DNA of 64,000 nt from Dimorphilus gyrociliatus (Eukaryota > Animalia > Annelida), in the NCBI GenBank assembly GCA_904063045.1, contig CAJFCJ010000025.1, forward strand, positions 496,001 through 560,000, read 5' to 3'. The notes under the pieces are model-generated. The model saw only the letters and a list, made by a program, of their open reading frames with translations, had not been told where the DNA came from and ran no database searches. Numbering within the stretch: position 1 is the stretch's first letter; every line of letters starts with the position of its first letter. Positions 1-13,800 of the stretch are shown here, piece by piece. A program made the position numbers and the translations under genes.

Positions 1-712
1 GCATATTGGTATATTTATATTCTGTACGTTATTCTTTTTAACATAAAAAATTATGTCACAAAAGAACTATAGCTCCAATTTGAAAGAGTAATTTCCATCT
101 TTTTCGAAATCTTTTTAGCTATTGCCTATTCTAGAGTCAACCTGCATTTACACCTAATCATTTAATTGACCTTTGGCAAACTTTTAACACAGGGTTAAGT
201 TATTTTATTATTCATCTAGGATAGATATAACTTACAATAAGATCTAGTGGTAATTAACAATAGAATGAAAGTTGTAAAATAAAGTAAAAGTAAAGGTGTA
301 TATGTATATTGAATTCATTGATCGAAGTTGACACAATATGATACTTAGATGGCGCTTATTGCTTGTGTTGTCTTTTAGCTAGATAAAACTATTTACTTTC
401 TTCCCTTTCTACCATTTCTATCTCCCCTTCCATCCTTCCCCACTTTTCTGTCGCTCTTTTACATAAGAAGTATTATTGCCTAAAGATTAAAACAGGTGGT
501 GAAATATCTACTAATTAATGGTTTGTCAAGAAAATCAAGTACATCTTAGCATTTGCCTAGCTATAAATAAACAAATTAAGTAAACGAAAGAAATGCAAGG
601 TGAGTTATTATTAATTGTGTCAGTTTTTTTTTGATCTTTTACAAGAATATTATTTTGAACAGACGAAAATAAAAGTGAAATGTTTGCTTAATTTAGTTAC
701 GACAAGTAAATT

Positions 713-2632
713 TTAATTTTCAGCAATTGTCTTTCTAATCCAATCAACAAAAGAAGAAACTCTGGTATAAATTCCGGGAAATCCTGGTCTTGCGCAACCG
801 TATCCAGTTGAGACGATACCATGGAGTACGAATTGAGAATTTCCCCTATCGTAGCAAACCATAGGACCTCCAGAATCGTACTGACAAGCGTCTTTTCCAC
901 CTTTGTCATACCTAATAAAGAAACAAGTAGCAAAGTATTTTACTATTATTCATACGTTGACATTTAATTTTGATTTGAAGAAAGGCTTTCTAAAGTAATT
1001 AGTAAAAAACATCATTTTGCGTATATATTTTTACATATATATATATACAGTATATATAATTTATAATTAAGGAATATTAGGCCTATAAGAATTAATAAAT
1101 AATGTTTTATTAGTATTTGTTGCAAAGTTTTTTCCAGATTATTTTAGATAACGAAAAAGGATGATAATGAAAAGAAAAGTACAAAACATACACGGAATTA
1201 TAAAATATATATACATTACAAGTCTAATTGAGTGGGGAACAGAAATATGAAAATATTGAATTTTAATAGATAATCAATTTCTTATGAACTTGCGAATTAA
1301 TTTTTATAGATGAAATACAATCGTGCAAGTAGATGGATTCTGATTACAAATTGTATTCTAAACATAGGAAGTCTTAGCCTAACCAAGGACGTTTCAGAAT
1401 ATTACCATATCTATTATACAGAGTATATATTTATTAGTATATACACACACAGTTATATACAAATGGATAACGTCTATTTATATCAATAATAAGTATATTA
1501 AATATAATTCTTTAGAATTTGTTTTTGAATCAGTTTCCTTTTTTTACCTTTTCCTTTCAGATTCCTTTTTTTATATCTTAGTGCAAAGTCATTTATAATT
1601 TTTTTAGAGCAGTTATCAAAGATACACTTATTTTTATATATTACTTAGTACAATCTGGCTTTTATTAGAATTGCATGAAATAATGAATAGTATTATATAT
1701 TTTGTTATTGTTCTAAGGAAACTAAGCTTTTTTTAAGTTTATTAAAGTATTATAACGCGAATTATTTGTCAATATTTCATAATCGGTCAGTAACCTTGAA
1801 CCAGAATTTGACTCGGAGAATACTTTACTCATTTAGGACCGAAAATAGCAGAAAAGATGTGTGAGATTTAATTTTTTCGACTTTAACAGAATAGGCTTAT
1901 GAAAGAATATAGACAGCTATATTTGTAAAAGTTTATTAGACTTACCCAGCGCAGACAATTTTATCAGAAATTTCCAATTTTGCCTTCTCTATTACACCGT
2001 ACATCTCATTGCAAACTCTGTTGTGTAAGATCGGAACGAGAACGTGACGAACGATTGTCGATACATTACCAGCTAGAAAAAGAAAATTGAGATTATGGTA
2101 ACGGCTGTAATCGACTGTATTGTTTTCAAAGACCTACATTATTATTTGGAGACAATCGCTTGTTTTAAAACTACTATTAATTATGCTATTAACTTACCTT
2201 CTATAGTATGACCCCATCCGGCAGTAACGCACATTTTATTAACGGAGGGGGATTCATCTTGTTCCGGTAGACAGGCGATGTTGACTATATTATTCAGATT
2301 TACCGGACGTTCAAGCTTAATCAAAGCTATGTCTCTGTCCAAAGTTTTACCAGCTGTTTGTTAAAAGAAGACGGTTTTTGTGTTCCTTAAAGTTTTTCTA
2401 TTTAAAACTTATAAAAAATGAAAAAGGATATTTTATGTATAAAGAGAGTTTAAAAGTGAAATATGACAAATTGATCAAGTTAATGCAAATAATTCCCATG
2501 CTAAATGAATTCATTCCGAATGAAATTAGGTTCCACTTGGAGGTCAACAAATTGAGAAGAACTACTTTAAACTTCTATGAAACCATACATTTTTAAACTA
2601 GATTAACATTTACATATCAAACAATTTGTATA

Positions 2633-2666
<34 letters not shown>

Positions 2667-5600
2667 CAGTATATCTATGTATTTGCAAATTGTATATATA
2701 AAAACTGTAAATCAACCAAAAAAAAATCCCATCATAAGTACAATTGGCGTTTTTACATTCTAAATTAAACCTTTTGACCTAGTAGTAAACTGCAGTATTC
2801 GTTAATTTATAGCTTTCCTAATTAATTTATGATGTATTTTTCTTCTCTTCTTTTTATGATAAAACTTTTCATTTACCTATTCTTTCAGGATGGAAAATTA
2901 TTTTTGTCGGCTTCATTTCGACGTGTTCAGTGTCTTCTTCGAATAGATGATGTTCCCCTAATCTTACTCTCCACGCATCAGGTCTATCGGTCAAGAATGG
3001 AGCCCAAATGTTTCTGTATTTATTAATAAATGTATAAAATTTTTTCAATAATATGTGTACTAACTCAAAACAATGAGCAGCGGAAATTAGCCATTGATCT
3101 TGTATTAAAGTCGCTCCGCATAAATGTTCAAAAGGGGAAGATTGGTTCATTTTTATGCGTAAAGTGGCCAACCATGGCCATTCGCCTGTTCTTGCCGACT
3201 CTCCTCCAACAATTCTCTTACTCCATTTACCCTCATATTGCGAATGATAAGCATTCTTGCCACAATGGGATGGCACATAAGCACCTATAAAAGAAAAAGA
3301 AATAGCATATAAGGTTTAGTATCCTTTAATCTAATAGATAACTCGTATAAAAGAGGAAAATACAGTGAAAACATTGAATGTCAACTATTGAGCTATTTTC
3401 TCATTACTACTTACGGAGTAGTTCCTCCCATATTAAATCCCTTTTTGGAAAGGCAAAAACCTGAAAAAATTAATCACAGTTATTTCCGTATACTTCTGTT
3501 TCTTTATATACGTAGTACATATATATATATAATGTACATCAGTATCTTTCTTTTTCTTTTCTGTTCTCTTTACATTTCGTCTCGCTCTCTTTCTCTCTCT
3601 CTCTCATATCTTTTTAACATTAAAATCGTTTATTTCCAAAGAATCAATAAAACAAAATAATAACATTCTTTGTTTTTCTATCTCTAAAGAGGATTTTAAT
3701 TAAAATACTTTTTTCTTCTTCTTTTTAAAATTATTTTCTTAAGTGAAAACGAAAACTTTATTATATTACTTTTACCTCTAACGTTAGAAAGAGGATGAAG
3801 ACGATCCTCTTCATAGCGCTCTTTCTGAACGAATGCTTCTCTGCCGCTTAGTGACGTCATCGTAATCGTGACAGTGACAAAACAGAAAATTATTATCTAT
3901 TGCTGAGTATATGAAAGTAAAATAGGAGACAAAATGGTATTAATTTAAAACAATATAAAAAAAGGAAGGCCGTAGTTGAGGATGAGGAGGAGGAAGAAGA
4001 AAAGATAATTGATGAAGTTTATCTTTAATGGTAGTATCACATTTGCTATAAAGATTATAGTGGAAATAGTCAAAACGTTTAGTTTGTTTGTCTTGCTAAT
4101 ACTTTTATAAATAAATTTGCGATATTACAAAATTTATGAAAGTAAAAAGCTTTAATTGATAATTTTAATATCTATTCACTTGTTACACTCTTCCTTATCT
4201 CTTTCGGTTTCGATATAAATTAAAGGAGAAGAAATCCTAATTAATCACCTATTTAAAATTATTCTCCAGAAAAAAACAATTAACTGAAAACAGAAAGCTA
4301 CCTTTGCTTTTTCATTAAAAAAACAAAGCAGAAGAGGGCAAATAGGGGAAGGGAGGGTAAAAGAGACATATAAAGGGGTTAAGATGAGAAAACAGAAAAG
4401 GAAAAAGAGGTTAATTTTTGTTGTTTTGTTGCTAAAGAAGAGTACTATTTTTTATCTATAACTTTATATATACACACACACACATATATATACAGTATAT
4501 ACAGAATATATATATATTTACATATACATTTATAAACGTATTTATTTTCTCTTTTCCTATTTCAAACTGATGAGTTATGCAAACTAACGATAAGGAAAAT
4601 GTATTTACTTCAGCAATCAATCATAGTGCATTTCTTACTTCTTATATAGCAAAATGATGAATAAGCACTCTTTTTCCTAATTTCATTAAGCAATAGGAAA
4701 AAAGATATCACTTGAACGGGAATTATCTAAATGAACTATAAACGCATTTGTAAATATTCGATATGCCTAGAATATACTAGTGCAAACATATTTAAATGGC
4801 AGACTTTTTTTTATGTGCACATAAATGCTGTAAAGATACATGTAGTGTATATGAGTTTAGAGTGACAGATAGAAAGAGAGAGAGGGAGAGGGAGAGAAAG
4901 AGAGAGAAAGAGAAAGTATATGAATGAAAGAAGCAGAGATAAATAGAGAGACTCTCTCTCTCTCTCTGTCTCTCTGCCTCTCTCTATCTCTCTCTCTCTC
5001 ACACATACACACACACACACAGACAGACAGAAAAACAAAAAAAAACTATATACTTCTTTATTAGTATAGCTAAACGAAAACTATATATAAAACACTAATT
5101 AGCAACTATATAAAACATTTCGACACTAAAAATTTAACTCTTTTATATTAATACAAAAATTGATAGACTGTCGCTATAACAACGTTCAACTTGATTTGTT
5201 AAAAAACAAGAGCTATATAATAAACGAGAAAATAGAAAACTATACTTTATTCTCAATTATATACTATACAGTATATACTATATAGTACATGTTCCTATTG
5301 AAAGAATATAGGAAAGGGTTGTAAAAAGCAGTATCTAACTTTATTGGCAGAAGCAAACAAATAAAATAATAGGCATATATTAATAATTAATAATTTCATA
5401 TTTAATATTACATTCATATTTATATGAATAATTATATTCTTAGGCGAGGAAGTTTTGATTAATTTAAATAAAAAATGTTTATAATGTCCTAATGCGTCTA
5501 CACGCTTATTTGTAATTTATCATATGGTATAATAAGCTAAACGCGGTTGCTTTCGGATGTTAATTATAGAACAAAGTAGTCTACACGCACTAGAGTAAGG

Positions 5601-6355
5601 AACTCCGACTGATTGGGAGCTCTCTCCTCTTATTTTATACCAAGCCTAATTATAGGCCTAAGACTTACCGTTATCAATAATCTTCATATGCTCGAAAGAA
5701 GTCTGTGTTTGATTAAAGAAGACACTAAACTGTCTATTTAACAATATAGTTTTTCAGCTATACCTTTCCTTTACATTACTACTCAGATGTTGTAAGATTA
5801 ATTTTGTAGTTTGGTAAATTTGAAAGATTGCACCATTTTCTACGTTAAAAGTTAAAATTCCGCTGTTTTTACAAAAAAGAAAGAATTATAACTTGACTTG
5901 TATTGTATAGCGTATTTATTCTTCTATTATCAAAGTATCTTTAGACAAAAGTTTATAAATTAAGGATAGTCAGATATTTGAGGTTTTTTTTCCCCACTTT
6001 AATCAATTATTAATATGGAAAGGAATTTCAGACAAAAGGTAAGAAGAAAAAAAACAACCAATATCCTATATGAAGAAACATTTTAAAGGAGGTTTAAAAA
6101 TAGAATAAAGCCCATATAATTAAATAAATCTTCATTTGCATTTCAAGAAATCAAAATAAGATTGACTAGTATTTTCTATTTTTCTTTCCTATTCACTTTT
6201 ATCATCCCTTTACATTTCTAATACAAACATATTTATAGGTTGATAAAGAGTGTATAATTCTCTTCGATTGAGCTTTCATTCTTATTCTTATCGTCCTTTA
6301 CCAAGAAGAATAGTAAGAATAGGTAATAAGCTTTCAAATATTCGGTATACATCAT
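713..6355 (-). CDS. Trypsin-family (S1A) serine protease, 7 exons, about 337 aa, N-terminal signal peptide or type II anchor
   Basis: Hand-spliced exons: 6355-6302 (tentative), 3896-3776, 3284-3065, 3013-2877, 2353-2198, 2072-1946, 911-713. All are GT-AG and phase-compatible. Motifs: activation site SKR/IVGG, WPW, ISAAHCF (His57), DRDIALIKL (Asp102), [17 protein letters not shown] (Asp189, Ser195), [14 protein letters not shown]. The first exon ([18 protein letters not shown]) is less certain than the rest. Confidence 0.9.
4871..5030. repeat. Compound (GA)n/(CT)n/(CA)n microsatellite in protease intron 1
   Basis: Directly visible dinucleotide runs. They explain the spurious ORF 4811-5038. 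Confidence 0.9.
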
Positions 6356-8148
6356 GCTCTTTCTTGCTTTTCTCTTCTTCTTCCTCCTTCTCCTTCTCCT
6401 TCCTCTTCTTGTTAATCTTCACCTACTCTACATAATTCTCATTTCTTTCTTGATTTTCTTTTATATAAAAAAAAATCAACGTTAAGTTTGGCTTTTTCGT
6501 CTGTTTTTTTTTTTATTAGGATCTTTTTTAACCTTCGACGTTTTTATTAAAACTTTCACGGAAGCACGTTTCACCTGTACTAGAAAATAGACAAATTTTT
6601 ATACCATTACAGAAAAAAATGGTCTATTTTGTATATTTTAATTTAAAAAAGAAAAACAAAAATAAACAGATGAAAGGTCTAAGTAAGATACACGAAGACA
6701 ATAGTTGTTATAGTAACTGTTATAGTAACTAGTATAACTTGTAATAATTCAGTTAAGGACCTACTTTCTGGAAACTCCCTAATGTATTTACTGCCGAAAA
6801 TTTAGAATTAAAAAAGAGTAAAGTATAGATTGTATATGTAAATGTAAGGAAAAGAAATAAACAGTATATATATGTATACTAATATATATATATTGTATAT
6901 AAAACTGTATAGAAAGTAAAAAACGAGGATTTTTTAAAAAAAAATTTTGTTTAAGAGCTCTTTCCTCATATTTGTTTTTGTTCTTTGTCTAACTAATTAT
7001 AATAAATCGCTTCTGCCCAAGCATTTAATCTATAAAAACAAAATACTGCAATTGCAAAATATTGTATAGGAGAATAAAATTGATAAATTGTCTTCATTCT
7101 TCTCTGGCTCCGTCACTCTATTATTTGCTTACTCTCTCATCAATACATTTCTCTTTAGTACAATGCAGAGATATATTTTCTATTTATTATAAAACATCAA
7201 CAAAAATTTTGTTGCTTATTCCATGTTTCTCACTTTTACCCTTTGTTTCTACATATTCCTTTGCTCTTTGCTCTTTCTCAGTCAATAACTTTGGTTCTTC
7301 CCCCCTCCCTCTCTTTGGCTGTCTCTCACATGGCTTTATAATGGAAATTAGTCTATTTTTAGTTCATTCTGCAAAACAAACATTTAAAAATTGCAATGCC
7401 AAAATAGGGTAATATATCATTGTAATATGTAGATATGATAAAAAATAGCATTAGGCAATAATGTTTCAAAATGTTGATATAGTAAATTACTATGAGAATA
7501 TTTAATGTGAAAGATAGAAATATAAACTTTTAATAAGTAAGGAAGAATTCATTTGTCTAATAAGAAGAAAATCACTAATTAGAAATTAATATTGATAAAA
7601 TACTCAGTACTAATTTACCATTTATATAAATACAATTATAGGCTTATTTTGAATTTATGGCCTAATATTTAACCAAGTCGAAATGTGTTTAAAAACATGG
7701 AATATATATAAAATTTAAGGATGAAAGGAGCAAGAAGAGAAGACTAGATAAGGGGAAAATGATAGAATTTCCTTTTTTTTGCTTGTGTAAATTAAGCATC
7801 AGTAGATTTGTTTCAGCTAAATTTTTCTTTTTAAACTTCTACTCAACTTATTAAAATATGCAATTAACTGTTTTTTATATAATTTCTTTTACGTAGTATA
7901 AGATGCTACTTAGGTATCTTAAAGATATATTTATGTATATTTTTAGGTTTATTTACCTTATTAAAGAATTATAAGGAATGAAAAGATATTTTTGATAGTT
8001 TATAGGCTTATATATCCAGATATTATTAAAGTTAATTGGTAGAAAAAACAAGTAATTAAGGTCTGTTATTAGTCTTTCGTAATAGCAATAATTTTTGACA
8101 CTGCAGTAAGTTTTTTATGCAGTAAAATACTTCTCACTCAGGCGGAAC

Positions 8149-10189
8149 ATGAATGGCATGTTGTGCTTAAAGTTTACTCTATTCCTAGTTGTTTTCTGTT
8201 TACTTGCTGATAACGCCGATAGTGTGTGGAGAAGAAGACGTAGACGATGCCGTAGGGTTGATTGTCAATGGGGACAGTGGTCTGAGTGGTCTGAGTGCAC
8301 TAAACCATGTGGTTTTAATGGCGTTAATATTAGAAGTAGATCTGTTGTAAGGCAAAGCTCATGCGGTGGCAGAGCTTGTGAAGGTAGTAACGTGGAAAAC
8401 AAACAATGCAAACTTCGATGTCAACACGGTTCCCTATTTAACAATAAATGCAAATGTAAGAAAGGTTGGAGTGGAGAATGTTGTGATATTGGTAATAATA
8501 ATAACATTAATATAATAGTTTCTCTTCTATTTCTTCTTTTTATGTTAATCTCTTGTATTTCTTTAGATATTAACGAATGCTTGAATAATCAACATAATTG
8601 TAGTCAAATATGTATAAACACATATGGTTCTTTTGAGTGTAAATGTAAAAGAGGTTATTTTCTCTCATTGGCTAATTCTACGTGTTTAGGTAAGTAACCT
8701 TTTTGTAAGAAATGGAACAAATCAAGGTAATTATACCATTGCCATATTTAGATATAGATGAATGTACATCAGGCCTACACAATTGTACAGCTAATTCAAA
8801 ATGCAATAATACTGAAGGAAGTTATCAATGTGGAGAATGTAAGAAAGGTTACACTGGAAATCAGGAAATAGGATGCAAAAATATTAGAGTATGCTCAAAC
8901 GATGGATTGTGCCCATACGATCATTCCGAATGCAAAGACGTTTCTACTCTACAGAACGGTTACCGATGCGTTTGTAAGAAAGGATACGCTGGAAATGGTA
9001 CTGAATGCGGTATTGATAATGATGGAGATGGTATTTCAGAAGAAGAATTAACCTGCTGTCAAAAAGACACATGTCCCAATTTTGATAACAATAGAATAGA
9101 GAATTTTACAAATTTTGTTCCATATTTCTATAAATCGAATTTTCTAGATGCGCCAATCTGGAAAGTTGATAACAATACTGTTACTCAATTGCGCAATTCA
9201 TTTCCAACAGTATTCTTAAATGATTATGTCTTTAATGGAGTTGATTTACAGCTAATTATCTCTGTTAACAGTTCAAATGAATATAAAGATAACGATTATA
9301 TAGGTTTGGTATTTGGTTTTATTAACTCAACTAACTACATAGCTGCTCTATGGAAAAGAGAGGATCAAATTTAGTAAGTAGATATCATAATTAAATTTAC
9401 ATAAATGAACATAACGTCATTTAGAAATTGTATACACATGATATAACAGCAATGGCTTTGCTGCGTATGCTGGATTACATATAAAAGCTATTAAAGCATC
9501 TACTTGGCCTGTACAAGTTATTCCAAACCTCTTGTGGAGTACAAATTCGGTGGAAGATCAAACAGAAACAATATGGAAGGACACTCGCAAAGTTCCATGG
9601 GAGTATGATGTCGATTATTATTTTAGATTGGAATATAGGCCAAAGTATAAAAAGATGAGTCTTACAGTGGAAAGATTAAAGGCAAGACCATAGTGAAAAC
9701 GACGTTAAACTTAGGGACTCGACCTAATATAGTATACATATTATATATATATATATATATATATAGATTTAAGCCTGTCCATTAACAAATTAAGAGTATT
9801 TCTAATTAGATTTTGTATATATTTTTTTCTTTTCAACTCATATCATTAATAGTAAATAAATTGTTTATAAGTCGCATTTATTATACAGGATAACACGATT
9901 ATCATAGAGACTGATATCCTAGAAAATAAAGCTTTTAAAAGAGGAAGGATCGGCTTGTACACAGATTCACAGCCCAACGTTAATTTCTCAAATATGACTT
10001 ATATATGCACTGGTTAATATAAATTATATTAATTATTATTATATTAATTATTTCTTCCTGATTTTAATCTATCTTTTAATTCATTTATATGAGAAAAAAC
10101 AAAACATTCAACACTTTTACTTTATTTCAGAGAGACAATTGGATGTTTATTACAATGATAGTAGATTGAGAAAGAAGCCTGTTAAATGA
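8149..10189 (+). CDS. Thrombospondin-like secreted protein: signal peptide, TSP type-1 repeat, 4 EGF-like domains, vestigial type-3 repeat, TSP C-terminal L-type lectin domain
   Basis: Exons 8149-8491, 8567-8689, 8752-9373, 9450-9681, 9889-10012, 10131-10189. TSR motif CQWGQWSEWSECTKPCG...RSR. Calcium-binding EGF motifs DINEC and DIDEC. CKKGYAGNGTECGIDNDGDG matches the TSP EGF-to-wire junction. C-terminal motifs DNDYIGLVFGF, LWKREDQ, IWKDTRKVPW and RIGLYTDSQPNVNFSNMTYIC correspond to the TSP C-terminal domain. Confidence 0.88.
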
Positions 10190-10227
10190 TAGCGAAGATT
10201 CTATTCAGCTACCTTTACCTAAATGAA

Positions 10228-10233
10228 AATAAA
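10228..10233 (+). terminator. Candidate polyadenylation signal AATAAA of the thrombospondin-like gene
   Basis: AATAAA about 40 nt after the TGA at 10187-10189. The motif is common in AT-rich DNA. Confidence 0.45.
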
Positions 10234-10863
10234 AACGAATTTGATACGACTCAAGGATGGTTGAAAAATTGAATTTTCAAATATAAACATTATATAACCC
10301 CAATAGAAATTATTAATGAATCGAATCATTTATGCTAAATACATTTATATCTATACTCATGATTCCTCTTATATTATTGCTCGTCTTCTTTAAATATCAA
10401 AGACGAATCCTGTTTAGGATTAGGCCAAATCTTTAGTGAATCATTTGAGGGTGGTCACAGGCGAATGATTTTATATGAAGCGCTTGAACAGAAAGATTGA
10501 ATATCGAATGAAGCGCCACACTCCGGTATTCAAGGTATTTAAAAGAGTCTTAACATTGGTAGCGCTTGATCGTATATAAGAAAAAAGGAATTAATAGTTT
10601 GTTAATTTATTACCTTTAGTTATAATAATATATCATAATTAAAACAAGCATATATGTATGTACATATATATTAAATGTATAAACATCTTATACATATATA
10701 TATATATATATATAAATATATTGAATAAGTATTGAATTTAATAAAGTATATGTCATACAGTAAAAAGCTCACCACTTTCCACGCCCTTCTTGACATAGCG
10801 TCATAAGAATTTAAGAAAAATAAATAATTACAAAACTGGATTAACGGAAAAAATAGGAATAAA

Positions 10864-13800
10864 ATGATTTTAAAGGCTCAATGGATATTCTTAATCTTCT
10901 ATTATTTACAGGTATTTTTTTATTTTAATTAAATGATAAGATAATTAGGTTGTAGGTTTTTTTATCTTATTTCTTTTATAGTTAAACCAAAATAATAATT
11001 AATTATGCTAATTTATTCTACTTTTACAGTGGAATAGTGTTGTTGATGGTGTTTTAACAGATTGTAATAATTGTACATCATCAAATTTACAAGAATGCAA
11101 AACGGTTACTGGTGGTTTTAAGTGTGTTTGTAAATCTGGGTTAGTTATTAAACTCTCCATATAGATATTAAGATATTTAATTAAATACTTCTATAGTTTT
11201 TATGGAGCCTATTGTTCGTTAAAACCATTGACTATTAGTGGCTGTGGAACGGACTCTTGTAATAACTGCGTCGATTCTGAGGTTGAAAGTGGTAAGAGAA
11301 GATATTTTCTCACTTAAATATAATATCCTACTTATCTTTACGATATTTTAAGCTTGTCCATCAACAACCTCAATTTATCAGTCCACTCCAACGACTTTGG
11401 AAATGACCACTACGGCTGTAGCGGATTCTGTTCAAGTTATTATTGATATGTTAGCAGCAAAGAAACAAGAATTGTCTCCAGCAGCCTACCAACAATTGGA
11501 AAATCAGATCTTGCAGCTTATCCTTAATTCCAGTATGATTTTATACTATATACAATAAAAGTGTAGGAAAGAAATTCAAATATAATCTTATATATCGATC
11601 CTTTTTAGATAAAAGAAGAAAGAGGAGAGCTATTAACGATTTGGAAGGAAAGTTTAGCGTTTCAATTACAAATATTGAACAAGTGATGAACACTCAAGGG
11701 TTAGTTAATGATTTAAGGGATTATTTGGTATTCTTATATATACCTTTTCAATCCTTGCAAATGTATAATTTACTAAGAAAACAACAATGAAACAGGGAAT
11801 TTGTTTATCGAGTGATACTCGATTTTTCATCAAACGATACAAGCGTGACAAAAGCAACCTTAGAAAGAGAAATAACAACCGACAGAGTTATAGCAGCTGC
11901 TAAGAAGACATTTAATAATACTGAAATATCTGCTAAGCAAAATGATTCTAGGACTCTTGCCAATAGTTATAGTCTATTTGTAAGAGGTTTCGTTCTAGAT
12001 AAGCGCGTTTTTAAACATTACGAACACGTTATAAAAGGAGCATTTTTCAACTCTCAACCATGTAAATAGTTATAAAATAAAGTATTTTATAAATAACTTT
12101 TAATTTAATCACGAAATCTTTTTTTCTACTTTTAGCTTTAAAGACTAGAGCAAACTTTAAAGTTGAAGTTTTAAGAGGAGAAGAATATTTTGGTTCTAAA
12201 GGGTTTGTATATGGAATACAAATAATAAAAACAAGAATTATTTGATGTTTACATCTATATTTAGCGAATCTATAACAAAGTTATACTACTTTGCTACTTA
12301 CGAGGAAAATGGTCAAACTGTTGAAGTATCCCCATTGGAAATAGAAAAACCCAACGACGATCACATACAAAACGAAGTAAAACAGAAACCAGAGTTAAAA
12401 GAAGAACCTTTGGAGTTTGCTGATCCATCTAAATTACGAGAGATAGATTCATTTTTTCTATTAGTAAACGGAATCGTCTACGATGTTGATGAAGCCAAAT
12501 TCGCCAATGCTATTCATATAGCATATCGAACTACTCTTACTACAGTAAATTTTAACGATATTAAAGTTATAATAAGCAGTAGGAAGACAGTAATATACGA
12601 AGGGTGAGTTTATTTTGTATAAACAACAGGCAGACGATTTTTAATGCTTTCAGGAAAGAATGTACAAAACTCATATACTTTCTTGAGAATACAAAGACTT
12701 CTGAAATTTTGTCTGCAACAATCTATCAGACAGTTATCGAATCCGATGTTAAAATCTCCTTCACAAATATATTTAATGAAAATTACGAATTAATTAAAGA
12801 TGTAAGGATAGAGAGAACAACTAAAACTCAAATTATCAGCGAACAAGAGGAAACCAGTTCAACTTTACTCAGTCTAGATAAGTCCTTTGTTTTCTTCTCC
12901 GAAATTGGTGTTGCAAGTGATTTATTACTTAAAATTCAAACATCCTTGGAAGCCGTTGTAAGAAAAAGTAAGTATGATGGTATTTTTCGTATTCCTCTCC
13001 ATCTATATTGGTTTATATTTTCGCATAGATTTCGAGCTTAATACTCTTGATGTTGACATTGTATCGACTAAGAGATTTGCTATTCCGGATAGAGATAATC
13101 TTATAACGCAAATATCATTTTTCATAAAAAATGGAACTAAAGTTTTGGACGCCCGTAGATTCGATTCTGTTAAAGCTTCTGTTGATGAAATTGCTACCAG
13201 TGTAACGCCTAACATTAACATAATTAAAATAGAGCCAAGACGCTTAGAAAAAACTGCAGTTTCCATTAAATCTTGCTTTAAGCAACTAATTAAAGGAATA
13301 GTTGTTATACAAGATAGTAAAAAATTTGAAGAAGCATTCAAGACAAGTATATTACAAGCGAATTCAGAACTCGTTAAAGATGAAACCCATATTAGGCTTG
13401 TATCTATTCAGGAAACACTATCAGAAAAGGGTGAAAAATTCTCTCAACTTTTTTTCTCTGCCGAAGAGGAACGTGTTCAAATAGACGCCAGTTTTAGAAC
13501 CAAATCAGAAGTTTCAGCTTTATCTTTTAAAAGTCATGTAACATTCAAGAGAAGGGATAAGACTAGTTACGAAGTTAGTACTGAAGTCAACCTTAAAACA
13601 AGTATCTACGAAGATTTAAGATTTTTCACATCGGAAACAAGAATAGTAGAGTCTGATTATACAAAAATTGAAGAGATCTATAAAACCGAAATAGAAAGTC
13701 AATTTACCCATTATAAATCCATTGTAGTAAATATAGTCAATCAAGAAACAGTCATTTTAAAGAGCAAGTAAGTCATACTCGTTTTTTTTTATATGCTTTA

